Assembly (NCBI GenBank): GCA_964057225.1
Contig: OZ059896.1
Location: forward strand, 18,414,001-18,478,000
Direction: 5' to 3'
DNA: 64,000 nt
Origin: Auanema rhodensis
Taxonomy: Eukaryota; Animalia; Nematoda
Positions 33,129 through 47,490 of the stretch are shown in pieces; the stretch's first letter is position 1; every line of letters begins with the position of its first letter. Below the pieces are notes generated by a model. That model worked only from the letters and a program-made list of their open reading frames with translations, ran no database searches and had not been told where the DNA came from. A program made the translations under genes and the position numbers.

Positions 33129-33776
33129 ATGGTTTTCAGCTTCAAACTACCCAGTCAGACAACTGTAATAGGGGCAACGCAATGTGGTAAAACTACCCTT
33201 TTAAAATGTATATGTGAAAATACTGAAAAGTTTTTCAACGTCCCCACTGATAGAATATTCTGGTTCAGTCAATGTGGAGCATCGTCAGGTGTTCCATTAA
33301 ATGATGAGCGTTTAATAGTTAATCAAGAACCACCTGATCCGGATATAATAAAAGAGCAAAAGGGAGTAAACACCATACTAGTGCTGGATGATTTGATGAA
33401 TTTTTTCTCATCGAATAAAGCGGCTAAAGAATTACTCAACAACATTTTCACAGTGTGGGCACATCACTGGAATTTGGCAGTGTTTAATCTTGTGCAAGCT
33501 GCATTTCAGCTCGACAGGACCAGTCGAATTAATAGTACATATATAATACTGATGAAAAGTCATTCGGATATATTACAAATACGTAATTGTCTGCAACAAT
33601 TATTTGGCCCCCGCTTTAAAAATGCTCTAGAAGCATATGATGATGCAATGTCTACACCCTATAGTCATTTACTGATTGACAACCATCCTTTAACAAATGA
33701 GAAACAGCGTATACTATCAGATATAACAGCGGAGCACCCTATTGTTTATGTCGCCAGAAATATATTCAGTGTTTAA
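33129..33776 (+). CDS. Maverick A32/FtsK-like packaging ATPase
   Basis: Walker A GATQCGKTT; Walker B LVLDDLM; HHWNLAVFNLVQ. Confidence 0.92.
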   Translation: MVFSFKLPSQTTVIGATQCGKTTLLKCICENTEKFFNVPTDRIFWFSQCGASSGVPLNDERLIVNQEPPDPDIIKEQKGVNTILVLDDLMNFFSSNKAAKELLNNIFTVWAHHWNLAVFNLVQAAFQLDRTSRINSTYIILMKSHSDILQIRNCLQQLFGPRFKNALEAYDDAMSTPYSHLLIDNHPLTNEKQRILSDITAEHPIVYVARNIFSV

Positions 33777-33788
33777 TGTTCATGTTCA

Positions 33789-34548
33789 ATGAGTGGTCGT
33801 ATTTTGTTAAATTACAACTTTTTATCTTCTCTTCTTGCCAAAACCCCTTGTTCTGTTTCCTCATTTTCTTTTTCACAAATTGAAATTATTGTTGAAATTG
33901 TATTTAATATTGTGAAAAATACGCACAATCATAAATATCGTCTAATCCCTGTTGCTGATGAAACGCTGAATATAGACAAGTTTGATGCTGAATTGAAGTT
34001 CTTACGAGAGAATAAATCTATAACCGATTATAAAAAGGCTGAAGTTGCCAAGAAAGTATAACAATTTGTGGGAGAAATTTCCTGAGGTGCGTACAAACAA
34101 AAATAACCAACTTGTGATTAATAATGAGCCCGTACCAAACACAAATATTACGAAAATTTTGGATTTTGTACTGGATAAAACAAAAACGGAACCCAATGGA
34201 TTCTCAGTATTAGCCCAATTCTTAGCCAGTAATGGGGTCTCTAACCCTAACAAGAAGGCAAAAAATGTAGAGCCTGCCGTCAGTAACAAGGATTCAGTTG
34301 ATCCTCTGCCTACATCCACATCGGCTGTCACAGACTTTGATGCTACTATTAATATAATACCTAGAACACCACGCCATCGTAAGGCTGTTATTCGATATTC
34401 ACCCTCTCCGCGTCGTACATTCAAATCCAAAGCTATAAATAAAAAGGCAAAACCCTCTGACACTGGTGAATCATATTACACACCTCAGGCGGGAGAAACC
34501 CAGAATGGCAAAGGCCGTAAACGATTCTACATTAGATTATGGAAGTAA
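33789..34548 (+). pseudogene. Uncharacterised Maverick ORF(s), frameshifted
   Basis: Two overlapping ORFs between ATPase and integrase; ends QNGKGRKRFYIRLWK. Confidence 0.5.
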
Positions 34549-35270
34549 TGTTTTGGAGAACATTTATTATAACATTAAGCATCCAGCTTCTTATACGTCT
34601 GCCAAAAATCTATTATTGGAAGCGCGAAAGCATGGCATCGCAAAAGCACAAGTTGAAAGTTTTTTGCAAAACTCTGAAACTTTTACACGTCATATACCAA
34701 CCAGACTGCATATGCAGACTAAAGACTAGAGGCTGTGGGGTCGATTCCTAACAATGCAAGCAGATTTGGTTGATATGCAAAAATATAAAAAATCAAATGA
34801 CGGCTATGCTTACATGTTGACCATGATTGATGTTTATACACGCATGTTATATGTTAGGCCTTTGAAAACTAAAGGTGGTATAGAGGTTGCTACTGCATTT
34901 GAAAATGTATTCAAGGATTTTATACCAATCCAACTAATAACGGATAACGGTGAAGAGTTTTATAATAGTCATTGTGAAAAACTATTCAAAAAGTTTGCCA
35001 TACTGCACGGATCTACAAGTTCACCACAAAAGGCCGCAATGGTGGAGCGAGCAAATAGAACCTTAAAAACGCGCATGATGAAATATCTCTATTACAAGAA
35101 TAATCATCGATGGATTGATATACTAGATAATTTGGTCGAAGGAATAAACAAATCTTATAATCGGTCGATTAAAATGCGCCCCGTAGATGTTACAGCTAAT
35201 ATATTCGTTGAAGAATATGCACCAGCTGTTCGCAACCGATTCAAAATTGGTGTTAATGTTCGCATAAGCA
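34539..35270 (+). pseudogene. Maverick retroviral-like integrase, frameshifted and 3'-truncated
   Basis: YYNIKHPASY; QADLVDM; IDVYTR; TDNGEEF; VERANRTLK; breaks after FKIG.NVRISK. Confidence 0.93.
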
Positions 35271-36499
35271 AGAACGATAGTCCGTAAAAATCAAACCCCC
35301 AATATTCCGTCAAATTGAAAAGGGGAGTTCAATACGCAATGTTGAATTTATTTTAACGTCTATTCCATGTATTTCAAAGAATAAAATTATATTTTAAATA
35401 ATTTACTTTAATTTTAAAAATGAATTGTTTTAATTTCAAATTCAGAAAAAAATACAATATTTAATTTATCTTAAAGTCTATCCCATGTATTTAAACGAAA
35501 AAAATTATATTTGTAAATGATTCATTTTTATTTTAGCAATAAAATACAAGACTACTTAATATTCAAGAATAAAACAAATGAATAAAAATTTAAAAAAATG
35601 ATGTGATCTCTTATCCCTCCAGTTCCATGTGTTATATTTGCCTGAACAATAAATAATTATAAATAAATAGAATTAATACATATTCAATGACGAAAGACGA
35701 ACGAATCAAAATAAAACAAATAAAAATAAACAAAAAATAAAAATTTAAAAAATCAATTAAAAAATGAATTGCTTCCTATGATATTAAAAAAAATTAATTG
35801 CTTCCGGTGATATGTTCTAAAAGGAAACTGAAAAAATTAACATAGAAAAAAATACTAACTCATTTGAATATAAGAAGTTCATGATAATCAAAACCATAAC
35901 TTAGGGAGTCATTTATATCGAAATGAACGCATCCAACAAGTGCTCCAAATGCTCAGGTACTTTTGCCACACCATCATCATTGTATAGGCATTTAAAAGCT
36001 ATTCATCATACGAGTGCGGAAGAAATTATTGAATTTAAAAAGGCGAAGGAATGTGAAGAAAAAGTAAAAAAACCTCAAAACATCAAAACATACATAAATG
36101 ATTATAGATTAACGGATTGGAATGTTCAGCATGTGGAAAGAAATGTAGCGATCAGGAACAGTTTACTGTTCATTTCTTGAAAGAACATGCTACAGCCGAT
36201 GAGAAATATGAAATTGAAAAAAAATTCTTTTTAACAAGCGAAGAACAAGAAGTGAATTTCAAAAACTATATATAAATAAAAAATCTTTTAATTTAGAAAT
36301 GGCTTACTCAGAGGTGCAAAGAGACAAATACGGCTTTTTATGTCTTGACAAGTAAGAATGGCACCAGCTATCAGAGATGCCATAGAGCTGGAAAGGCTAA
36401 AACTTACAGTTTGAAGCGAACTGGCCATACAACTCGAAAAAATGTAGCGGTATGCCCCGCATTCCTCAAAGTAACCTAAAAAAATATATATATATATAT

Positions 36500-37390
36500 T
36501 ATACTTGGGCAAAGATAGGAAACTTTCGATAAAATCGATAAGCGGTAAAATCTAATTAACTTTTTATCGATTTACGATAAATATATATATCGAAAAATTT
36601 GAATTAATCGATAATTTTACCTCAATCTTCTTCGATTTATCTCGATACAAATATATATCGACAATATCGAATTTTTTCTTTCTTTTGTGGAATTTGTCAA
36701 AAAATAAGAAACAAGATGTACACATTTTAATTAATAATTGCATTCACAACTCAATTAAATAGTTTTCGCTACCATCCTCCCCATCAATCCTTTCCCCCTC
36801 CCCCCGTTTTCTAGTTCATATTCGCTCTCTTCTTCATTTGAAATCTCGTCATCTTCACTGCTTTGATTATCGTCTTGAATTATATTCGGATCTGGACGCG
36901 AGGCAAAATGTTCGTTTGATACAATTAAAAAACTTTTAGTTGCTTTGGGAGTTAATCGGCTTCGCCGCTTGTTTCCGAAGTAAATACCCGCCATGCTAAA
37001 TCAAAATTAAATTAATCAAAATTAAATTATTAAACCTGAAAACTCTTTCGCATTCAACTGAAGATGAAGGAACAGTCATATATTTTTTTGCCAACTCATA
37101 TAAGTTTGGGAGAATACGTGAATGATCTGCCCACCAAGCTGTTGGTGCGGTAGTTATATGTGGTCGCTGTTGTCTCAACAGAATTTTGTATTGAGAAAGT
37201 TCAATCTCGCAATTATTACATTTGGCATAGTTTATACCGCCAATATTTTCTCTTTCAAAATATATCCAACATTTCACCATTATTAAAAAAAAACAAAAAA
37301 AAAAGAGAAAATAAAAACACTTAAAAATTAAAAAAAAATCAATATTCAAATTACCGACTTTTGGTAAAAACAGTGTATCGTTAATTCAAA
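36500..37390 (-). mobile_element. Internally deleted hAT derivative inside a (TA)n tract of a MULE intron
   Basis: BED-finger start (CWIYF...AKCNNC) joined to hAT dimerization domain (WW...PNLYELAKKY..VPSSSVECERVF / MAG...RRSRL); flanked by (TA)n; absent from later units. Confidence 0.8.
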
Positions 37391-37679
37391 TATATATATA
37401 TATATATATTGTTAAACAACTAATATACAGATTAAAACAACTCAAACAGGCGTCAAAGTAGTCTCATGCTTCTCGCACTACGGCCATGAAACGGATGCTG
37501 CAAAATTATGGATTACTGAAAAAGATCAGAACAATATTGTTGAACTGATAAAAGAAGGATGGCCCGCTGAAGGGATAATATCAAAAATGAGGCGGATGGA
37601 GACAACTTCCGAACGAATGAAAAAGCTCACAATGGACGACGATCGGAACATTGTTGAAAGAAAGAAACTAAGACCAGGA

Positions 37680-38114
37680 AACTGAAAACATCAAACTGAA
37701 AACTGAAAACATCAAAACATACATAAATGATTATAGATTAACGGATTGGAATGTTCAGCATGTGGAAAGAAATGTAGCAATCAGGAAGAGTTTACTGTTC
37801 ATTTCTTGAAAGAACATGCTAGAGCCGATGAGAAATATGAAATTGAAAAAAAATTCTTTTTAACAAGCGAAGAACAAGAAGTGAATTTCAAAAACTATAT
37901 ATAAACAGAAAATCTTTTAATTTAGAGATGGCTTACTCAGAGGTGCAAAGAGACGAATACGGCTTTTTATGTCTTGACAAGTAAGAATAACACCAGCTAT
38001 CAGAGATGCCATAGAGCTGGAAAGGCTAAAACTTACAGTTTGAAGCGAACTGGCCATACAGCTCGAAAAAATGTAGCGGTATGCCCCGCATTCCTCAAAG
38101 TAACCTAAAAAAAA

Positions 38115-38147
<33 letters not shown>

Positions 38148-38852
38148 TTGATAAACAACTAATATACAGATTAAAACAACTCAAACAGGCGTCAAAGTAG
38201 TCTCATGCTTCTCGCACTACGGCCATGAAACGGATGCTGCAAAATTATGGATTACTGAAAAAGATCAGAACAATATTGTTGAACTGATAAAAGAAGGATG
38301 GCCCGCTGAAGGGATAATATCAAAAATGAGGCGGATGGAGACAACTTCCGAACAAATGAAAAAGCTCACAATGGACGACGATCGGAACATTGTTGAAAGA
38401 AAGAAACTAAGACCAGGAAACTGAAAACATCAAACTGAAAACTGAAAACATCAAAACATACATAAATGATTATAGATTAACGGATTGGAATGTTCAGCAT
38501 GTGGAAAGAAATGTAGCAATCAGGAAGAGTTTACTGTTCATTTCTTGAAAGAACATGCTACAGCCGATGAGAAATATGAAATTGAAAAAAAATTCTTTTT
38601 AACAAGCGAAGAACAAGAAGTGAATTTCAAAAACTATATATAAACAGAAAATCTTTTAATTTAGAGATGGCTTACTCAGAGGTGCAAAGAGACGAATACG
38701 GCTTTTTATGTCTTGACAAGTAAAAATAACACCAGCTATCAGAGATGCCATAGAGCTGGAAAGGCTAAAACTTACAGTTTGAAGCGAACTGGCCATACAG
38801 CTCGAAAAAATGTAGCGGTATGCCCCGCATTCCTCAAAGTAACCTAAAAAAA

Positions 38853-38894
<42 letters not shown>

Positions 38895-41369
38895 TGATAA
38901 ACAACTAATATACAGATTAAAACAACTCAAACAGGCGTCAAAGTAGTCTCATGCTTCTCGCACTACGGCCATGAAACGGATGCTGCAAAATTATGGATTA
39001 CTGAAAAAGATCAGAACAATATTGTTGAACTGATAAAAGAAGGATGGCCCGCTGAAGGGATAATATCAAAAATGAGGCGGATGGAGACAACTTCCGAACG
39101 AATGAAAAAGCTCACAATGGACGACGATCGGAACATTGTTGAAAGAAAGAAACTAACACCAGGAAAAAAAGATACGAATGATCTCACCTCGGTGGAAAAA
39201 CGGTTCTCGGAAAACAACCAGAATGAAGGGATAAGGTTGTTTCAAAAACCAGAAGGAATAGATCAAAATCTGAGAATAGGTTTTAAAATAAAGAAAAAAA
39301 ACAAATACCAATTTTATTGCAGTTGTGATCACAGAAAAACAAGCCACGGTTCTGAAAAAGTAAGGAAAAAAAGAAATCATTATTGACGATACCTTTAATA
39401 GCTCAAAATACAACTTGAGTTTAACTACCATAATGGTAGTAGATGACCTTGAGAGAGGAGTGCCAGCAGGTAAAAATATTAGTCTAAAAAATTAACACAA
39501 TATAATAAAATAGGTTACTTAATATCTAACCAGTGCCGAAAAGATGATGTAAGCTCCTTGTTCAACTGTATCCGTCAGATATATCCTCTCTTCAACCCTG
39601 ACGTGTTCATGTCCGATGAAGCTCCCGTTTTCTGGAATGCATATGTAGAAGTAAAAATAAGAAAGAATAAAATGCAAAACCAAACTTAACTTTAGGCGTT
39701 CCCTGCTAACAATTCAAAGAGGTTATGGTGCAGATACCACTTTACTCATGCTTGGAGAGAACGAGCAAAAAAGGATCTGAAAAAAGAAAATATTGATCAA
39801 GTAATGAAATCCCTGATGCTACTGATACGTTCATCAACGTTTTCTTCATTCCAAAGAGAACGAACGGCTCTTTTCTCGTTCTTAGCCGAACACCGTTACA
39901 AAAAATTTGCCGATTATCTGAAGAGCAATTACATGAACATAAGCGAATTTTGGGCCAGGGTCTATACAAGCAGTTCAATACTACGAACCTCAACTTATGT
40001 CGAACGATGGCACAAGAAGCTTAAGAAGGATATGTTGAGAATGAAGCAAAATCAACGGCTCGATTATCTGTTAGATATTCTCATTCGATCCACAGACGAC
40101 ATCCTGGCTGCCCATCAAACTCTTGAGAGACGAAACCTGAGTAGGAAAAGCTATAGAAAATGTCAAACATCAAAAGGACATAAAATAGCAGCTCAATTTT
40201 ACGGTTGCAACTCATCTTTGATCACCCCTTCCGGATTTTCTACCTGGGAGATTAAGAGCAAAAGTTCAACAATTGTATACACTGAAAAAAAAATCACATA
40301 TTTGTGCGAGAGGAGCATAAATACTCACTGCTCCAGATGCGGGGTATGCTCGTATGCATACGATTGTTCTTGCCCCTCTGCAGCAAAATCGGGAATAGCT
40401 TGCTCTCATAAGCATGCCATACATATGAAAATAGGTATAAATAATTCGAAATATACATTATTATACAATAATAATTCAGCTAATGAAAGCGAACCTCTCA
40501 GAGAAACAACAACTGAAGAGCTCACCAACGTCACTGAAGAGCCCATCTCAGCTCCACCAAATGTATCCAACCCAGAATATATGTTACATGAGGAATTAAG
40601 AGATACTTGGTATAGTACAAGAAACGTAATACATAAAACTTATCTCAGAATTTGAATCAAAGTTTTTTCCAGGCTTGCTCTCTTGTCGATGACATCGGCC
40701 GTCAATGTTATAAAAAAAATACTGAAAAATGTCGAGATATAATGAAGCAATTAGAGTCAGATATGCTTACCTTGATTAATCGGCATAGGGCTTAATTATA
40801 TGAAGAAGGAATCTCAATTCCTCATCTTGTTCCTCGATTGGAATGCAACGGCATATCCAACAATGTCAAAACTGCAACAATAACATCATTAACAGTAAAA
40901 TAATTTTTCATTTCATAATCTTACCAGTTCGTTTCAGTGCTTCCGTCTTAAAAAAACTGAAAACATCAAAACATACATAAATGATTATAGATTAACGGAT
41001 TGGAATGTTCAGCATGTGGAAAGAAATGTAGCAATCAGGAAGAATTTACTGTTCATTTCTTGAAAGAACATGCTACAGCCGATGAGAAATATGAAATTGA
41101 AAAAAAATTCTTTTTAACAAGCGAAGAACAAGAAGTGAATTTCAAAAACTATATATAAACAAAAAATCTTTTAATTTAGAGATGGCTTACTCAGAGGTGC
41201 AAAGAGACGAATACGGCTTTTTATGTCTTGACAAGTAAGAATAACACCAGCTATCAGAGATGCCATAGAGCTGGAAAGGCTAAAACTTACAGTTTGAAGC
41301 GAACTGGCCATACAGCTCGAAAAAATGTAGCGGTATGCCCCGCATTCCTCAAAGTAACCTAAAAAAAAA

Positions 41370-41406
<37 letters not shown>

Positions 41407-43823
41407 TATATTGATAAACAACTAATATACAGATTAAAACAACTCAAACAGGCGTCAAAGTAGTCTCATGCTTCTCGCACTACGGCCATGAAACGGATGC
41501 TGCAAAATTATGGATTACTGAAAAAGATCAGAACAATATTGTTGAACTGATAAAAGAAGGATGGCCCGCTGAAGGGATAATATCAAAAATGAGGCGGATG
41601 GAGACAACTTCCGAACGAATGAAAAAGCTCACAATGGACGACGATCGGAACATTGTTGAAAGAAAGAAACTAACACCAGGAAAAAAAGATACGAATGATC
41701 TCACCTCGGTGGAAAAACGGTTCTCGGAAAACAACCAGAATGAAGGGATAAGGTTGTTTCAAAAACCAGAAGGAATAGATCAAAATCTGAGAATAGGTTT
41801 TAAAATAAAGAAAAAAAACAAATACCAATTTTATTGCAGTTGTGATCACAGAAAAACAAGCCACGGTTCTGAAAAAGTAAGGAAAAAAAGAAATCATTAT
41901 TGACGATACCTTTAATAGCTCAAAATACAACTTAAGTTTAACTACCATAATGGTAGTAGATGACCTTGAGAGAGGAGTGCCAGCAGGTAAAAAAATTAGT
42001 CTAAAAAATTAACACAATATAATAAAATAGGTTTCTTAATATCTAACCAGTGCCGAAAAGATGATGTCCGATGAAGCTTCCGTTTTCTGGAATGCATATG
42101 TAGAAGTAAAAATAAGAAAGAATAAAATGCAAAACCAAACTTAACTTTAGGCGTTCCCTGCTAACAATTCAAAGAGGTTATGGTGCAGATACCACTTTAC
42201 TCATGCTTGGAGAGAACGAGCAAAAAAGGATCTGAAAAAAGAAAATATTGATCAAGTAATGAAATCCCTGATGCTACTGATACGTTCATCAACGTTTTCT
42301 TCATTCCAAAGAGAACGAACGGCTCTTTTCTCGTTCTTAGCCGAACACCGTTACAAAAAATTTGCCGATTATCTGAAGAGCAATTACATGAACATAAGCG
42401 AATTTTGGGCCAGGGTCTATACAAGCAGTTCAATACTACGAACCTCAACTTATGTCGAACGATGGCACAAGAAGCTTAAGAAGGATATGTTGAGAATGAA
42501 GCAAAATCAACGGCTCGATTATCTGTTAGATATTCTCATTCGATCCACAGACGACATCCTGGCTGCCCATCAAACTCTTGAGAGACGAAACCTGAGTAGG
42601 AAAAGCTATAGAAAATGTCAAACATCAAAAGGACATAAAATAGCAGCTCAATTTTACGGTTGCAACTCAGCTTTGATCACCCCTTCCGGATTTTCTACCT
42701 GGGAGATTAAGAGCAAAAGTTCAACAATTGTATACACTGAAAAAAAACTCACATATTTGTGCAAGAGGAGCATAAATACTCACTGCTCCAGATGCGGGGT
42801 ATGCTCGTATGCATACGATTGTTCTTGCCCCTCTGCAGCAAAATCGGGAATAGCTTGCTCTCATAAGCATGCCATACATATGAAAATAGGTATAAATAAT
42901 TCGAAATATACATTATTATACAATAATAATTCAGCTAATGAAAGCGAACCTCTCAGAGAAACAACAACTGAAGAGCTCACCCACGTCACTGAAGAGCCCA
43001 TCTCAGCTCCACCAAATGTATCCAACCCTGAATATATGTTACATGAGGAATTAAGAGATACTTGGTATAGTACAAGAAACGTAATACATAAAACTTATCT
43101 CAGAATTTGAATCAAAGTTTTTTCCAGGCTTGCTCTCTTGTCGATGACATCGGCCGTCAATGTTATAAAAAAAATACTGAAAAATGTCGAGATATAATGA
43201 AGCAATTAGAGTCAGATATGCTTACCTTGATTAATCGGCATAGGGCTTAATTATATGAAGAAGGAATCTCAATTCCTCATCTTGTTCCTCGATTGGAATG
43301 CAACGGCATATCCAACAATGTCAAAACTGCAACAATAACATCATTAACAGTAAAATAATTTTTCATTTCATAATCTTACCAGTTCGTTTCAGTGCTTCCG
43401 TCTTAAAAAAACTGAAAACATCAAAACATACATAAATGATTATAGATTAACGGATTGGAATGTTCAGCATGTGGAAAGAAATGTAGCAATCAGGAAGAGT
43501 TTACTGTTCATTTCTTGAAAAAACATGCTACAGCCGATGAGAAATATGAAATTGAAAAAAAATTCTTTTTAACAAGCGAAGAACAAGAAGTGAATTTCAA
43601 AAACTATATATAAACAAAAAATCTTTTAATTTAGAGATGGCTTACTCAGAGGTGCAAAGAGACGAATACGGCTTTTTATGTCTTGACAAGTAAGAATAAC
43701 ACCAGCTATCAGAGATGCCATAGAGCTGGAAAGGCTAAAACTTACAGTTTGAAGCGAACTGGCCATACAGCTCGAAAAAATGTAGCGGTATGCCCCGCAT
43801 TCCTCAAAGTAACCTAAAAAAAA

Positions 43824-43879
<56 letters not shown>

Positions 43880-46352
43880 ATAAACAACTAATATACAGAT
43901 TAAAACAACTCAAACAGGCGTCAAAGTAGTCTCATGCTTCTCGCACTACGGCCATGAAACGGATGCTGCAAAATTATGGATTACTGAAAAAGATCAGAAC
44001 AATATTGTTGAACTGATAAAAGAAGGATGGCCCGCTGAAGGGATAATATCAAAAATGAGGCGGATGGAGACAACTTCCGAACGAATGAAAAAGCTCACAA
44101 TGGACGACGATCGGAACATTGTTGAAAGAAAGAAACTAACACCAGGAAAAAAAGATACGAATGATCTCACCTCGGTGGAAAAACGGTTCTCGGAAAACAA
44201 CCAGAATGAAGGGATAAGGTTGTTTCAAAAACCAGAAGGAATAGATCAAAATCTGAGAATAGGTTTTAAAATAAAGAAAAAAAACAAATACCAATTTTAT
44301 TGCAGTTGTGATCACAGAAAAACAAGCCACGGTTCTGAAAAAGTAAGGAAAAAAAGAAATCATTATTGACGATACCTTTAATAGCTCAAAATACAACTTG
44401 AGTTTAACTACCATAATGGTAGTAGATGACCTTGAGAGAGGAGTGCCAGCAGGTAAAAATATTAGTCTAAAAAATTAACACAATATAATAAAATAGGTTA
44501 CTTAATATCTAACCAGTGCCGAAAAGATGATGTAAGCTCCTTGTTCAACTGTATCCGTCAGATATATCCTCTCTTCAACCCTGACGTGTTCATGTCCGAT
44601 GAAGCTCCCGTTTTCTGGAATGCATATGTAGAAGTAAAAATAAGAAAGAATAAAATGCAAAACCAAACTTAACTTTAGGCGTTCCCTGCTAACAATTCAA
44701 AGAGGTTATGGTGCAGATACCACTTTACTCATGCTTGGAGAGAACGAGCAAAAAAGGATCTGAAAAAAGAAAATATTGATCAAGTAATGAAATCCCTGAT
44801 GCTACTGATACGTTCATCAACGTTTTCTTCATTCCAAAGAGAACGAACGGCTCTTTTCTCGTTCTTAGCCGAACACCGTTACAAAAAATTTGCCGATTAT
44901 CTGAAGAGCAATTACATGAACATAAGCGAATTTTGGGCCAGGGTCTATACAAGCAGTTCAATACTACGAACCTCAACTTATGTCGAACGATGGCACAAGA
45001 AGCTTAAGAAGGATATGTTGAGAATGAAGCAAAATCAACGGCTCGATTATCTGTTAGATATTCTCATTCGATCCACAGACGACATCCTGGCTGCCCATCA
45101 AACTCTTGAGAGACGAAACCTGAGTAGGAAAAGCTATAGAAAATGTCAAACATCAAAAGGACATAAAATAGCAGCTCAATTTTACGGTTGCAACTCATCT
45201 TTGATCACCCCTTCCGGATTTTCTACCTGGGAGATTAAGAGCAAAAGTTCAACAATTGTATACACTGAAAAAAAAATCACATATTTGTGCGAGAGGAGCA
45301 TAAATACTCACTGCTCCAGATGCGGGGTATGCTCGTATGCATACGATTGTTCTTGCCCCTCTGCAGCAAAATCGGGAATAGCTTGCTCTCATAAGCATGC
45401 CATACATATGAAAATAGGTATAAATAATTCGAAATATACATTATTATACAATAATAATTCAGCTAATGAAAGCGAACCTCTCAGAGAAACAACAACTGAA
45501 GAGCTCACCAACGTCACTGAAGAGCCCATCTCAGCTCCACCAAATGTATCCAACCCAGAATATATGTTACATGAGGAATTAAGAGATACTTGGTATAGTA
45601 CAAGAAACGTAATACATAAAACTTATCTCAGAATTTGAATCAAAGTTTTTTCCAGGCTTGCTCTCTTGTCGATGACATCGGCCGTCAATGTTATAAAAAA
45701 AATACTGAAAAATGTCGAGATATAATGAAGCAATTAGAGTCAGATATGCTTACCTTGATTAATCGGCATAGGGCTTAATTATATGAAGAAGGAATCTCAA
45801 TTCCTCATCTTGTTCCTCGATTGGAATGCAACGGCATATCCAACAATGTCAAAACTGCAACAATAACATCATTAACAGTAAAATAATTTTTCATTTCATA
45901 ATCTTACCAGTTCGTTTCAGTGCTTCCGTCTTAAAAAAACTGAAAACATCAAAACATACATAAATGATTATAGATTAACGGATTGGAATGTTCAGCATGT
46001 GGAAAGAAATGTAGCAATCAGGAAGAATTTACTGTTCATTTCTTGAAAGAACATGCTACAGCCGATGAGAAATATGAAATTGAAAAAAAATTCTTTTTAA
46101 CAAGCGAAGAACAAGAAGTGAATTTCAAAAACTATATATAAACAAAAAATCTTTTAATTTAGAGATGGCTTACTCAGAGGTGCAAAGAGACGAATACGGC
46201 TTTTTATGTCTTGACAAGTAAGAATAACACCAGCTATCAGAGATGCCATAGAGCTGGAAAGGCTAAAACTTACAGTTTGAAGCGAACTGGCCATACAGCT
46301 CGAAAAAATGTAGCGGTATGCCCCGCATTCCTCAAAGTAACCTAAAAAAAAA

Positions 46353-46389
<37 letters not shown>

Positions 46390-47490
46390 TATATTGATAA
46401 ACAACTAATATACAGATTAAAACAACTCAAACAGGCGTCAAAGTAGTCTCATGCTTCTCGCACTACGGCCATGAAACGGATGCTGCAAAATTATGGATTA
46501 CTGAAAAAGATCAGAACAATATTGTTGAACTGATAAAAGAAGGATGGCCCGCTGAAGGGATAATATCAAAAATGAGGCGGATGGAGACAACTTCCGAACG
46601 AATGAAAAAGCTCACAATGGACGACGATCGGAACATTGTTGAAAGAAAGAAACTAACACCAGGAAAAAAAGATACGAATGATCTCACCTCGGTGGAAAAA
46701 CGGTTCTCGGAAAACAACCAGAATGAAGGGATAAGGTTGTTTCAAAAACCAGAAGGAATAGATCAAAATCTGAGAATAGGTTTTAAAATAAAGAAAAAAA
46801 ACAAATACCAATTTTATTGCAGTTGTGATCACAGAAAAACAAGCCACGGTTCTGAAAAAGTAAGGAAAAAAAGAAATCATTATTGACGATACCTTTAATA
46901 GCTCAAAATACAACTTAAGTTTAACTACCATAATGGTAGTAGATGACCTTGAGAGAGGAGTGCCAGCAGGTAAAAATATTAGTCTAAAAAATTAACACAA
47001 TATAATAAAATAGGTTTCTTAATATCTAACCAGTGCCGAAAAGATGATGTAAGCTCCTTGTTCAACTGTATCCGTCAGATATATCCTCCCTTCAACCCTG
47101 ACGTGTTCATGTCCGATGAAGCTCCCGTTTTCTGGAATGCATATGTAGAAGTAAAAATAAGAAAGAATAAAATGCAAAACCAAACTTAACTTTAGGCGTT
47201 CCCTGCTAACAATTCAAAGAGGTTATGGTGCAGATACCACTTTACTCATGCTTGGAGAGAACGAGCAAAAAAGGATCTGAAAAAAGAAAATATTGATCAA
47301 GTAATGAAATCCCTGATGCTACTGATACGTTCATCAACGTTTTCTTCATTCCAAAGAGAACGAACGGCTCTTTTCTCGTTCTTAGCCGAACACCGTTACA
47401 AAAAATTTGCCGATTATCTGAAGAGCAATTACATGAACATAAGCGAATTTTAGGCCAGGGTCTATACAAGCAGTTCAATACTACGAACCT
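37680..47490 (+). repeat. Tandem array: ~0.74-kb unit, ~2.5-kb units starting ~38441, ~40956, ~43411, and a partial unit from ~45939
   Basis: Near-identical ORFs at 39072/41589/44055/46572 and 39804/42259/44787. Confidence 0.95.

Larger units (their letters stand above)
26936..35270 (+). mobile_element. Maverick/Polinton copy B body
   Basis: pPolB, MCP, core, protease, ZnF, mCP, ATPase and integrase in Polinton layout. Confidence 0.95.
35271..47490 (+). mobile_element. Mutator/MULE element whose intron-containing transposase pseudogene is tandemly amplified
   Basis: C2H2 fingers; CHR..CPAFL..HYGH DNA-binding domain; IDDTFN, FMSDEA, WCRYH, YVERWH; SWIM CSC..C.HKH; left boundary approximate. 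Confidence 0.82.

Noticed and set aside
39804-40655. 283-aa ORFs as a host SWIM-domain gene family
   Set aside because: Each is one exon of the MULE transposase, with a shared upstream stop
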